From IMG/VR virus record IMGVR_UViG_3300009146_000015, positions 1 through 62,362 of that record: a DNA stretch of 62,362 bases, one strand, 5' to 3'. Each line of letters begins with the position of its first letter. The first letter of the stretch is position 1. A program made the translations under genes and the position numbers. Shown in pieces: positions 39,595 to 49,156 of the stretch. A model generated the notes under the pieces. It was not told where the DNA came from, made no database searches, and was given only the letters and a program-made list of their open reading frames with translations. This stretch comes from a virus. Lineage: Duplodnaviria > Caudoviricetes.

Positions 39595-40923
39595 ATGATT
39601 AAGCTATCACGCGTAAGAGCGACGCCGCAGCAGCTCAAGGACTGGGACGACACCCGCGCCGTGCTGATGTGGTACGCCCCGGCGTTCACCCACCTGTTCT
39701 ACACCCTGATGAACAAGGACGATAAATACGTCGCCGTGTTCACCACCAGCAAGCTCGTGCCGACGGCTGCCACCGATGGCACCAGCGTCATCATCAACGT
39801 CGACACCTTCTTCAAGCATCCGTTGATGGAGCGGCTGTTCATCGTCGGCCATGAGATCCTGCACAACATCCTCAACCACATTCCGCTGCTCGCCCACTGC
39901 CGGCGCACCGGGCGGGTGGTATTGGCCGACGGCAGGTCGCTGCCGTATGTCGATCTGGCGATGCAGGTGGCGCTCGATTATGTGGTCAACGCCATTCTGG
40001 TCGACGCCAAGCTCGGCACGAAGCCGGATAACGCACTGTGGGACATCAAGATCGCGACGCATCTGGAGAGCGTGCTCGACGTCTATGCCAAGCTCGTGCG
40101 GGTGGTTGGTGGCGGTGGCGGTGGCGGCGATGAGGACGACGATGGTGGTAGCGGCGGTAAGGGAGACGACGACGGCGGCGGCGGTGACCAGCCCGGTCGT
40201 GCGCCCGGCGGCTTCGATAGTCACCTTGACCCCGGCACCGTTGATGGCAAGGACCCGGTGCAGGCCGAAGCCGAGCGTAACCAAGCTGAATGGGACGTGG
40301 CGATCAAGGCGGCGATGGAGCTCGCCCAGAGCCAGGGCAAGCTGCCGGCCGGCATCAAGCGTCTGTTTGAGGAGGTGATCGAGGACAAGGTCGACTGGTC
40401 GGATATCGCCCAGTCATGGTTCGCCCGCAAGGTCGGTTCGGGTTCGTCCGACTGGCGTCACCCCGATCGCAAGCTGATCGTCCGCGACATCTGGGCTCCG
40501 GGCCGTACCGGTCACGGCGCTGAGCTGGTGGTCATCGCCTGCGACACGTCAAGCTCTATCACGCCGCGGATCCTCGATCGGTGGTTCAGTGTGCTCGGCT
40601 CGATCCTTGAGCAGGTCCGGCCGCGGCGGATCATCGTCATCTGGTGCGACGCCGAGGTCGGCAGGGTCGATGAGGTTGAGGAAGCCAGCGATCTGGAAAG
40701 CATCCGCAGAGCGGGCGCTCCCGGCGGTGGCGGCACCGACTTCCGGCCGGTGTTCAAGTACGTCTACGACCAGCGGCTGGAGCCCGACGCGCTGGTCTTC
40801 CTGACCGATGGCTACGGATATTTCCCTGAGCACGCGCCGAACTACCCGCTGTTCTGGGGGTCGATCGGGCGGGCGCCGGAGGAGTACCCGTTCGGGGAAG
40901 TGGTTGTTATCCCGGAGGACTAG
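39595..40923 (+). CDS. Metallopeptidase-VWA protein (DUF2201-type)
   Basis: TAATDG; HEILH zincin motif; Gly/Asp linker; DTSSS MIDAS; GGGGTDFRPVF; LTDGYG. Confidence 0.85.
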   Translation: MIKLSRVRATPQQLKDWDDTRAVLMWYAPAFTHLFYTLMNKDDKYVAVFTTSKLVPTAATDGTSVIINVDTFFKHPLMERLFIVGHEILHNILNHIPLLAHCRRTGRVVLADGRSLPYVDLAMQVALDYVVNAILVDAKLGTKPDNALWDIKIATHLESVLDVYAKLVRVVGGGGGGGDEDDDGGSGGKGDDDGGGGDQPGRAPGGFDSHLDPGTVDGKDPVQAEAERNQAEWDVAIKAAMELAQSQGKLPAGIKRLFEEVIEDKVDWSDIAQSWFARKVGSGSSDWRHPDRKLIVRDIWAPGRTGHGAELVVIACDTSSSITPRILDRWFSVLGSILEQVRPRRIIVIWCDAEVGRVDEVEEASDLESIRRAGAPGGGGTDFRPVFKYVYDQRLEPDALVFLTDGYGYFPEHAPNYPLFWGSIGRAPEEYPFGEVVVIPED

Positions 40924-41072
40924 TTACTTCCGGAAGTAAGGAGGGGCCGGCGGAGGGCCGACCCCTCTTAGTATCTCCCACCCACAGGAGACCGGGCAAA
41001 ACTCCGGTGACCTGTACCTAATACCGTAATGTTACATTGTCAAGCGCCCCCTTCACCCAAGGAGAAATCCCC

Positions 41073-42941
41073 ATGGAACTCGTGTTCATGGACTTCGAGA
41101 CGTTCTACGACAAGGAGTATTCCCTACGAAAAATGACGCCGATCGAGTATATCCTCGACCAGCGGTTCGAAGCTCTTGGCGTTGCGGTAAAGTATGGCCT
41201 AGCCGGCAAATCGAAATGGGTTGGCTGGCAGGATATACCAAAACTTATCGCCGAGTTGCGTGATCGCAACGAGCGTAATCAGATCGCTATCGTCAGTCAC
41301 AATTCCCTGTTCGATGCTGCCATTTTGGCGTGGCGGTACGGCTTTGTCCCGACCAGGCTGATCGACACCCTCGGCATGGCGCGGGCGATGGTCGGCTACC
41401 GGCTCAAATCGCTGGCACTCGACAGCGTTAGCCAGCATCTCGGCTTCGGTGCCAAGTGGGGGACGCTGCAGAAGATGGTCGGCGTCGGTCGGCGGCAGCT
41501 GGCATTGAATGGAGCGCTGGCAACCGAGCTGGGCCAGTACGGCTGCGACGACAACGACAAGTGCGCCAGCATTTTCAAGACGCTGATCGTCGACTTTCCG
41601 CTCGACGAGCTGGAGGTCATGGACCTCGTCATCAAGGCGACCGTCTTGCCGCAGTTCAAGCTCGACCGGCAGGTGCTTGCCGATCATCTGGCTAAGGTCC
41701 AGCAGCAGAAGCGGGACATGCTGTCCCGCGCCGACGTCATCGATGCCGGCGCGCTGCGTTCGAACGAGAAGTTCGCGGAGTTGCTACGCCAGCTCGGTGT
41801 CGATCCGCCGATGAAAACCTCGATCACCAACCCGGAACTCAAAATTTACGCGTTTGCCAAGACCGACAGTGCGTTCATCGATCTGGCGGAGCACGACGAT
41901 CCCGCCGTGCAGGCGCTGGTCGCGGCCCGGCTCGGGCACCGCTCGACGCTCGAGGAGACCCGCAGCCAGCGGCTGATATCGATCGGCAACCTGACATGGC
42001 CGGTCGGCGATCGCTGGATGCCGGTGCCGCTCAGGTTCAGCGGAGCGCACACTCATCGTTTGTCCGGCGACATGAAGCTCAACATGCAGAACCTGCCACG
42101 CAAGGGCGGGCTGCGTGACGCGCTGGTGGCACCGGCCGGGTTCCAGGTGGTGTCGATCGACATGAGCCAGATCGAGGCTCGTATCGTGGCGTGGATCTGC
42201 GAGCAGCTTGATTTGCTGGAAGCGTTCGCTCTCGGCATTGATGTCTATTCCGAATTCGGCACCGAAGTGTTCGGCATGGAGGTCAGTAAGACCATCAATC
42301 CGAACCTCCGGTTCCTCAGCAAGACGGCGATCCTCGGGCTCGGCTACGGCATGTCGGCGCCGCGCTACGTCATCAGCGTCAAGTCGGGGTCGAAGAACCA
42401 GCTCGGCTACGTCATCGAGATCACCCTCGATACCGGCATCAAGGTGGTCGACGGCTACCGCGGCAAGTACAGGCGCATCCCGGCGACGTGGCGGACGCTG
42501 GACGGTACCGGCATTCCGACGCTGGCGCGCGGCGGCACTTACGTCGTCGGCGCGTGCGTCTTCACCAAGGGCGAGATCCGCCTGCCGAACGGGCTCAAGC
42601 TGTTCTACGACGACCTTGAAATGACCAGCGACGGTTGGCGGTTCCGCTACGGTGGCCGCTACAAGTTCGCCTACGGCGCCAAGGTGCTGGAGAACATGAC
42701 CCAGGCGCTGGCCCAGATTATCATCAAGGACTTGGCGCGGCGCGCGCATTCGAACGGCTTGCGATTTGCCCATCAGGTCCACGACGAGCTGATCTTCGTG
42801 GTCAAGAACAAACTCGTCGGCAAGACCTGCGAGCGCCTGTTGGAGCTCGCCGCCATTCGCCCCGACTGGGCTCCGGAGCTGCCGCTGGCGTCCGAGGTCA
42901 AGGCCGGAAAAAGCTATGGCGAAATGAAGCCATTACTTTGA
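41073..42941 (+). CDS. Family A DNA polymerase with a 3'-5' exonuclease domain
   Basis: DFET (ExoI); DMSQIEAR (motif A); KTAILGLGYG (motif B); VHDE (motif C). Confidence 0.92.
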   Translation: MELVFMDFETFYDKEYSLRKMTPIEYILDQRFEALGVAVKYGLAGKSKWVGWQDIPKLIAELRDRNERNQIAIVSHNSLFDAAILAWRYGFVPTRLIDTLGMARAMVGYRLKSLALDSVSQHLGFGAKWGTLQKMVGVGRRQLALNGALATELGQYGCDDNDKCASIFKTLIVDFPLDELEVMDLVIKATVLPQFKLDRQVLADHLAKVQQQKRDMLSRADVIDAGALRSNEKFAELLRQLGVDPPMKTSITNPELKIYAFAKTDSAFIDLAEHDDPAVQALVAARLGHRSTLEETRSQRLISIGNLTWPVGDRWMPVPLRFSGAHTHRLSGDMKLNMQNLPRKGGLRDALVAPAGFQVVSIDMSQIEARIVAWICEQLDLLEAFALGIDVYSEFGTEVFGMEVSKTINPNLRFLSKTAILGLGYGMSAPRYVISVKSGSKNQLGYVIEITLDTGIKVVDGYRGKYRRIPATWRTLDGTGIPTLARGGTYVVGACVFTKGEIRLPNGLKLFYDDLEMTSDGWRFRYGGRYKFAYGAKVLENMTQALAQIIIKDLARRAHSNGLRFAHQVHDELIFVVKNKLVGKTCERLLELAAIRPDWAPELPLASEVKAGKSYGEMKPLL

Positions 42942-42960
42942 AAAGTAACATGAAATAGGA

Positions 42961-42990
42961 CTTGACACATTCTAAATGTTATGGTAAGGT
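42961..42990 (+). promoter_or_regulatory. Sigma70 promoter, probably giving a leaderless mRNA
   Basis: TTGACA-N17-TAAGGT with an extended TG; ATG 6 nt downstream and no SD. Confidence 0.65.
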
Positions 42991-42996
42991 AGCACC

Positions 42997-43875
42997 ATGA
43001 GCCAGCACAACCTTGAACGTGAGAACCTGATCCTTCGCGCTCGCATCACGCAGCTCGAAGCCGCGCTGCATCAGAACGAGCGGTCGATCGAGTACCTGTT
43101 CAATTTGCCGCCGACACTGGCCAACCTGTTTGGCCTGCTGCTGGCGAAAGAGTTTGTGTCAAAACAACTTGCGAAGGATATGATGAACCTCGTCGCCGAC
43201 GCGAACGTCGCGATCTGGCGTCTGCGTGAGCGTCTCCTCCCGATGGGTATAACCGTCAACACCAGACGGGGCGTCGGCTGGTACCTCGATGATGAAACCA
43301 AGCAACGCGTTCGTACTCTGATGGAGACGCACCAACCCATAGGAGCATCCCATGGCCAGGAAGAAGGACGACAAGCCGAAGAACAAAGCCTCCCCGCCCA
43401 AGAAGGTGGCGAAGAAGACGGCGAAGAAGACGAGAAGGTCAGTTACATCCACGACGACATCGACGCCGAAGGCTACAACATCACCGCCGCGGTCCCAGCC
43501 GACGGTGACCAAGCCGACGGTTGGATCGGTGACCGCCAAGGACAAGGACAAGCTCAACGGCAAGAAGGCCAAGACGAGCAACACCGTCAAGGAGATGGCC
43601 AAGAACCAGGATCGCAACAAGAACAAGAACAAGTACACCACCCGGTACGGCACGCCGAAGGGGGTGGGCGACAAGAAAATGAAGGATCTGAAGCGGAAGG
43701 CGGCGCTAGCAACGACGCAGCCGAGCTCGGGGATGGCGCCATCGCGCGCCAACCAGAACGCCGTTCTCGATCTGCAAAAGGCGCGGCAGAGAAACCGCAT
43801 CGCCAACGTCGACAAAAAGAACCGGAGGACGGCAAGCTCGGTGGTCAAGTCGACGATGTCACCGGAGGAGCTTAA
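42997..43875 (+). CDS. OmpR/PhoB-type winged-helix DNA-binding protein with an acidic read-through tail
   Basis: NVAIWRLRERLLPMGITVNTRRGVGWYL. Confidence 0.65.
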   Translation: MSQHNLERENLILRARITQLEAALHQNERSIEYLFNLPPTLANLFGLLLAKEFVSKQLAKDMMNLVADANVAIWRLRERLLPMGITVNTRRGVGWYLDDETKQRVRTLMETHQPIGASHGQEEGRQAEEQSLPAQEGGEEDGEEDEKVSYIHDDIDAEGYNITAAVPADGDQADGWIGDRQGQGQAQRQEGQDEQHRQGDGQEPGSQQEQEQVHHPVRHAEGGGRQENEGSEAEGGASNDAAELGDGAIARQPERRSRSAKGAAEKPHRQRRQKEPEDGKLGGQVDDVTGGA

Positions 43876-44260
43876 GGAGTACCGGCAGACATTGCGCGGT
43901 GTCGGCGGTAACAGCCTGAAGGAAACCAACAAAGCTCGGATACTGGCCGGCAAGGACAAGCTCGACCGCGACAAGTATACCGACCGGCAGGTGGAGCGCG
44001 GGCTGCGCGATCCGAAAACCGGCAAGCTCACTGATAAGGGCAAGGTAAAAGCGGGCAAGGATCCAGTGAAGCCGACGGAGCCAGTGAAGCCGACGGAGCC
44101 AGTGAAGCCGACGGAGCCAGTGAAGCCGACGACGCCAACGCCGCCGCCTCCGCCGCCGAAGACACCGACACCGACGCCGCCGCCAAAGCCACCGACGCCG
44201 CCGCCCACCGACAAGACGCCAAAGACTGATAACTGGGTGGATGCGACCGGTCGTTCGTAG
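43352..44260 (+). CDS. Highly basic Lys/Thr/Pro-rich protein (histone-H1-like composition)
   Basis: AGGAG RBS; KKVAKKTAKK; PVKPTE repeats. Confidence 0.7.
   Translation: MARKKDDKPKNKASPPKKVAKKTAKKTRRSVTSTTTSTPKATTSPPRSQPTVTKPTVGSVTAKDKDKLNGKKAKTSNTVKEMAKNQDRNKNKNKYTTRYGTPKGVGDKKMKDLKRKAALATTQPSSGMAPSRANQNAVLDLQKARQRNRIANVDKKNRRTASSVVKSTMSPEELKEYRQTLRGVGGNSLKETNKARILAGKDKLDRDKYTDRQVERGLRDPKTGKLTDKGKVKAGKDPVKPTEPVKPTEPVKPTEPVKPTTPTPPPPPPKTPTPTPPPKPPTPPPTDKTPKTDNWVDATGRS
44063..44131 (+). repeat. 18-bp tandem repeat CCAGTGAAGCCGACGGAG, about 3.8 copies
   Basis: Read directly from the sequence. Confidence 0.95.
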
Positions 44261-44343
44261 CGTAGCGTCGCGAGTAAACGTGGGGGGTGCAGCAATGCAC
44301 CCTCCATTGCCGTGTTTTAACCAGCTTACTTTTGGGAGTAACC

Positions 44344-45042
44344 ATGGTTGCGGTCACCACACGTCACAGCGACAAGCCGTTCGCCTGGAGTTATAGCCGG
44401 CTGAAGAACTTCGAGACTTGCCCGAAGCGCCACCAGCAGATCGATATCCTCAAGCGCTTCAAGGACGAGAGCGAGCAGTTGAAGTACGGCGACATGGTCC
44501 ACAAGGCGGCAGCTGCGCGGCTCGGCCATGGTCGCACTCCGCTGCCGAAGGAGATCGAACCGATCCTCGAGCCGTGGTGCCAGAAGATCGAGAAGCACGG
44601 CGGCAGGATCTACGTCGAGCAGAAGCTCGCCATCAAGAAGGACTTCAGCCCGTGCGGCTACTTCGACCGCGGCGTCTGGTTCCGCACCGTCGGCGACGTC
44701 GTTCAGATCCGTGACAACGTGGCGCTCGGCGTCGACTGGAAGACCGGCAACATCATCGAGGACAGCGTGCAGCTCGCGCTGCTCGCCCAATGTGTGTTCT
44801 CGCATCACCCTGGCGTCAGGGCGGTGCGGACCGATTTCATCTGGCTGAAGGAGGACGCAAGCACCACCGAAACATTCCGGCTACGCGACATGCCCCAGCT
44901 CTGGATCGAGCTCGCCCCGCGCATCAAGGCTCTGGAGGAAGCCTACAATACCGAAGTCTTTCCACCCATCCACAACAAGCTGTGTCGCAAATGGTGCCCG
45001 GTCTGCACCTGCGAGTTTCACGGCGTCAGCACATGGGACTGA
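44344..45042 (+). CDS. PD-(D/E)XK Cas4/RecB-like exonuclease
   Basis: WSYSRLKNFETCP; D...DWKTG; C-terminal CxxCPxxxC. Confidence 0.85.
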   Translation: MVAVTTRHSDKPFAWSYSRLKNFETCPKRHQQIDILKRFKDESEQLKYGDMVHKAAAARLGHGRTPLPKEIEPILEPWCQKIEKHGGRIYVEQKLAIKKDFSPCGYFDRGVWFRTVGDVVQIRDNVALGVDWKTGNIIEDSVQLALLAQCVFSHHPGVRAVRTDFIWLKEDASTTETFRLRDMPQLWIELAPRIKALEEAYNTEVFPPIHNKLCRKWCPVCTCEFHGVSTWD

Positions 45043-45043
45043 G

Positions 45044-45406
45044 ATGATACCGAAACCCACCCAACGGGAACGTTTGAGCCCATCGGTCAGGCCGATGGTT
45101 AGCCGGCTACTCCGGTTCACTCCGAACTGCGACTACGCCGAGGTGCAGGTCATCCACCACCCCGGCAGTCACCACCAGACTGGCGACGTTATCCTGATGT
45201 CGCGTGATGAATTCGAGCGCGGACGCTACATCACCACGCCCGACCCGTTCCTCGCCAACGTACCCGACGCGCCGATCGTGCGGCCATATGAGAGTGCCGA
45301 GAAATTTCTCAACAACTTGCCGCATAAACCCACACGGAGCAAGAAACCCAATGCAAGCCACCCCAGAGGGAAAAGTAAAGCAAAAAGTAAAGTCACTACT
45401 CGCTAA
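45044..45406 (+). CDS. Hypothetical protein
   Basis: Fills the gap between the two nuclease genes. Confidence 0.5.
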   Translation: MIPKPTQRERLSPSVRPMVSRLLRFTPNCDYAEVQVIHHPGSHHQTGDVILMSRDEFERGRYITTPDPFLANVPDAPIVRPYESAEKFLNNLPHKPTRSKKPNASHPRGKSKAKSKVTTR

Positions 45407-45647
45407 CTACGAGAACCTGTATCACTTCATGCCGGTGCCGGTGGCGTATCAAGCCAGTTCGCTTGACTTCTTTGTGTGTTACTTTGGTCGGTTCATCGCC
45501 ATCGAAACCAAACGCGAGGGCGAGGATCTGACCAAGATGCAGGACCTGATCCGGCGTCGCATCGAGGCAGCAGGCGGCAGCGTGTTCCGTGTCAGCAATG
45601 ACGAGGAGCTGTTCGCGCTTAAAACGTTTCTCGACCATCTGCACTGA
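45351..45647 (+). CDS. VRR-NUC nuclease
   Basis: TPEGKVK...DF..C..GRFIAIETK....T..Q....I..AGG. Confidence 0.85.
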   Translation: MQATPEGKVKQKVKSLLANYENLYHFMPVPVAYQASSLDFFVCYFGRFIAIETKREGEDLTKMQDLIRRRIEAAGGSVFRVSNDEELFALKTFLDHLH

Positions 45648-45755
45648 GCTTTGCCGGGGGGACTAGGTCTCCCCTCCGGTGAGAGCCCCCTCCATCATCT
45701 GCCGCATCTTTGGTGGAGGGGGTATTACTTTCGCAAGTAACCATGGGAGAAACCT

Positions 45756-46166
45756 ATGACAAGCAAGCCAATCTTATGTCTGGATTTTGACGGCGTCTGT
45801 CATTCCTACACGTCAGGATGGATCAATGCATGGACTATACCTGACCCGCCTGTGCCGGGACTGTTCGAGTTCCTTGAGCAGGTTCTGCCGCACTTCCGCG
45901 TGGCTATCTATTCCAGCCGTAGCGAGTTCGAGCGTGGGCGACATGCGATGAAGGTGTGGTTCTTCGACCAAGCGGATAAGCACTACCAGAACGACAACGT
46001 CGTCGAGCAGCTGGTGCCCCGGCTCGAGTTTCCCGCCAGCAAGCCGTCAGCCTTCGTCACTCTCGACGACCGGGCGCTGACGTTTCAGGGGATCTGGCCA
46101 GAGATCCCCACCCTGCGTGACTTCATCCCGTGGAACCAGCACCTCAAGGTGAAGTCGAATGGATGA
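45756..46166 (+). CDS. HAD-superfamily phosphatase
   Basis: LCLDFDGV; SSR; KP...LDDRA. Confidence 0.8.
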   Translation: MTSKPILCLDFDGVCHSYTSGWINAWTIPDPPVPGLFEFLEQVLPHFRVAIYSSRSEFERGRHAMKVWFFDQADKHYQNDNVVEQLVPRLEFPASKPSAFVTLDDRALTFQGIWPEIPTLRDFIPWNQHLKVKSNG

Positions 46167-46338
46167 GGATGGCTTCGTTCGGACAACAGAACTGCGCTTC
46201 GTCAAGCGCACGGTCAACTTCCGCGAATGGCGGATCCTGCAGCAATTGTGGGTGCTCACTTACGACGACACCGAGGTCAGTCGGGAGTGGCGTGACGTAC
46301 CAGTGGAGGAAGAGGATGTACGCTCGGATCAATCATGA
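46159..46338 (+). CDS. 59-aa hypothetical phage protein (not in the ORF track)
   Basis: MDEDGFVRTTELRF..ILQQLW..EWRDVP; overlaps both neighbours. Confidence 0.6.
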   Translation: MDEDGFVRTTELRFVKRTVNFREWRILQQLWVLTYDDTEVSREWRDVPVEEEDVRSDQS

Positions 46339-47863
46339 GCGCCGGCTGGTAGGAGCGCCGCGCCAGTACATGGGGTATTGGCAGGACGGCATGGAGATGG
46401 AGGTCAACGGCAAGCCGTTCACCGTCATCCCGCACGACCTGACCAACACCTTCCTGATGCGCAAGCTCGGCTTCGACGTGCCGTCGCCGATCCTCACCCA
46501 ATACGCCTGGCCGGGCGTGCTCCAGCCGTTCGACGTGCAGAAGAAGACCGCGGCGCACCTGACGCTCAACCCGCGGGCATATGTCCTCAACGAGCTGGGG
46601 ACGGGCAAGACACGCGCCGTGTTGTGGGGGTGGGATTACCTGCGGAGCATCAACGCGTGCGGCAAGGTGCTCGTCGTAGCCCCGCTGAGCACGCTTAATT
46701 TCGTCTGGGCCCGGGAGGTGCTGTCGACCCTGCCGCATCGTCGCTACGCGGTGCTGCACGGCACCCGCGCCCGCCGGCTCGAGCTTTTGGACAAGAAGGA
46801 CGTCGAGATCTTCATCATCAATCACGACGGTTTCCGCACCATCTACGACGAGCTCCAGCGGCGCCGGGACATCGACGTCCTGATCCTCGACGAGCTTGCC
46901 GTCTATCGCAACGGTCAGGCGTCGCGGACCAAGCTGATGAAGGTCTACGCCCAAAGCCGCAAGATCGTCTGGGGTATGACCGGCAGCCCGATCCCGCACA
47001 GTCCGACCGATGCCTGGGCGCAGGCGACGATCGTCACCCCGAACCGGGTGCCGAAGTATTTCGGACGGTTTCGCGACGACCTGATGTTCAAGGTCAGCCA
47101 GTTCAAATGGGTCGAGAAACCGGACGCCATCGCCAAGGCATTCGACGCGCTACAGCCTGCCGTCAGGTACACGCTCGACGATGTTGTCGAGCTGCCAGAG
47201 GTTGTCAGCCGGTTCGTCGACGTGGCGCAAGGACCCATTCAGGTGCGGGTCTACAAGGCCATGCTCGACCATTGTTACGCAATGGTGCAGTCGCAGGAGA
47301 TCACCGCCGCCAATGCCGGTGCGGCGATGATGAAGCTCTTACAAGTCTCCTGTGGATGGGTGTACGATCGCCAACGCGGTGTGGTCACGCTCGACAACGA
47401 GCTCCGGATCGAGGCGATGATGGACGAGATCAACGCCAGCGCTCGCAAGGTGCTGGTGTTTGTCCCGTTCAAGCATGCTCTTGCCGGCATCTCGAAGGCG
47501 TTGGCCGAGGAGAAGATCGACCACGCCACCATGTCGGGGAGTACGCCTGCTGGCGAGCGGGCGAAAACGTTCAATATATTTCAGAATACCAGCAAGTATC
47601 GTGTGCTGGCAGCGCATCCGCAATGTCTAGCCCACGGGGTTACGTTGACTACTGCAAGTACAATCATCTGGTTTTCTCCGACCATGTCGCTTGAAATCTA
47701 CGAGCAAGCTAATGCTCGTATTCGTCGTGTTGGACAAAAGAGCAAGCAGCTGATTTTGCACTTGCAGGCAACTCCGGTGGAGCGCAAGATGTACGCTCTC
47801 CTCCAGCGTAAACAGAACGTTCAGAACCAGCTTATGGAGATGTTCGAACTCGGCACTTCATAA
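46316..47863 (+). CDS. SNF2-like SF2 helicase
   Basis: ELGTGKT; ILDELA; MTGSP; HGVTLT; EQANARIRRVGQ. Confidence 0.88.
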   Translation: MYARINHERRLVGAPRQYMGYWQDGMEMEVNGKPFTVIPHDLTNTFLMRKLGFDVPSPILTQYAWPGVLQPFDVQKKTAAHLTLNPRAYVLNELGTGKTRAVLWGWDYLRSINACGKVLVVAPLSTLNFVWAREVLSTLPHRRYAVLHGTRARRLELLDKKDVEIFIINHDGFRTIYDELQRRRDIDVLILDELAVYRNGQASRTKLMKVYAQSRKIVWGMTGSPIPHSPTDAWAQATIVTPNRVPKYFGRFRDDLMFKVSQFKWVEKPDAIAKAFDALQPAVRYTLDDVVELPEVVSRFVDVAQGPIQVRVYKAMLDHCYAMVQSQEITAANAGAAMMKLLQVSCGWVYDRQRGVVTLDNELRIEAMMDEINASARKVLVFVPFKHALAGISKALAEEKIDHATMSGSTPAGERAKTFNIFQNTSKYRVLAAHPQCLAHGVTLTTASTIIWFSPTMSLEIYEQANARIRRVGQKSKQLILHLQATPVERKMYALLQRKQNVQNQLMEMFELGTS

Positions 47864-47878
47864 AGGGAGACCACCCAC

Positions 47879-48693
47879 ATGGCCTACGCTAAACGCACAG
47901 AGGTGCCGGTCGGCCAGACCCGCACCGAGATTGATACGATGCTGCAAAAACACGGGGCAAAGAGCGTCGCCTTCATGTTCAGCGCCACCCGTGCCATCGT
48001 CGTGTTCGAACTTCGAGACCGGCGGATCAAGTTCGATCTGCCGCTGCCGTCGGCCGACGAGAAGGGCTATGAGCAGCGGACCCGCAGCCGGTGGCGGGCG
48101 CTGCTCCTCTGCATCAAGGCCAAGCTGGAAAGCGCCGAGAGCAACATCGAGACGTTCGATGAAGCGTTCCTCGCCCAGACCGTGATGCCCGATGGCCAGA
48201 CCGTCTATGAGCATACCCTGCCGACGATCAAGCAGGTCTATGCCGACGGTCAGATGAAGCCGTTGTTGCCGCCACCGGGAGCACGGCCATGAAGAATGTC
48301 ACCGACCTGCCCGCTGCCGCGGTCAAGACCGAGATCCTGATCGCGTGGCTGCAAGAAGCCGCTGATGGTGGCGTCAACCATACTGCAATGCGGCGCCTGT
48401 GCTGGCTCGCAGCGGAGAAGCTGAAGCTGATGCTGGAGCTCGCCGACCACGTCGACAAGCTCAGCGATCTGGCGGCGAGAGAGATCGAGCGTGCCAACGA
48501 GGCGATCGAGAAACTGGCGAACATCGAGAAGGGGTCGGGCGCAGGCTCGGCATCTAACGAGGAAAAACCCGTCACGGACGTTCTGGGGGGAGCCGGCTTA
48601 AGCGGTCCCCAGACTGATGGTCCCGTGATCCCGACCCCGACTGCCTGCCCGCATTGCGGTCATCGGCACCCGCCCGACGGCGTGTGCGTCTAA
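47879..48693 (+). CDS. Two hypothetical proteins (47879-48292 and 48289-48693)
   Basis: RBS and ATGA coupling; the first has a WRALLLCIKAKLE motif common in phages. Confidence 0.65.
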
Positions 48694-48757
48694 CGAAAGG
48701 AGGTTAAACGCAGACAGGTTACTTCTGAAAGTAACAACCTAAAAGGGAACCACCCAC

Positions 48758-49147
48758 ATGGCTAAGCCTGATTTTGAAATGCGAGTGTCGCAGTACGTCC
48801 AGCTGCGAGCACTGATCAAAGCTGAGGACGATGCCCACAAGGAGCGAATGAAGGAGAAACGCGACACGCTGGATGTACTCAACAACGTGCTGCTCAAGCA
48901 CTTGGAAGATATCAAAGCGGACAATGTCCGTACCAAGGCCGGGACGGTCTACCGCACCGTCAAGCGGTCCGCCAGCACGGCGGACTTCAAGGCGTTCTGG
49001 GACTTCGTCACCACCCACGAACTGTGGGACCTGGTCGACCGCAAACCGAACGTCACGGCGGTTTCCGAATACCTCGAGGAGAACAAGGCACTGCCCCCCG
49101 GGGTCAACCTCAACTCGACCTACGTGGTCGGCGTCCGCAAATCATAG
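48758..49147 (+). CDS. Replication-module protein of unknown function
   Basis: Coiled coil plus VRTKAGTVY...PPGVN; precedes the SSB-like gene. Confidence 0.6.
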   Translation: MAKPDFEMRVSQYVQLRALIKAEDDAHKERMKEKRDTLDVLNNVLLKHLEDIKADNVRTKAGTVYRTVKRSASTADFKAFWDFVTTHELWDLVDRKPNVTAVSEYLEENKALPPGVNLNSTYVVGVRKS

Positions 49148-49156
49148 GAGTGAAAC

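Noticed and set aside
44344-45042. Cas4-like gene as evidence of a CRISPR system
   Set aside because: Standalone PD-(D/E)XK nucleases are routine in phage replication modules, and no array is present.
46130-46315. N-terminal extension of the SNF2 helicase given in the ORF track
   Set aside because: It is better explained by a separate 59-aa gene (46159-46338) and an RBS-supported start at 46316.
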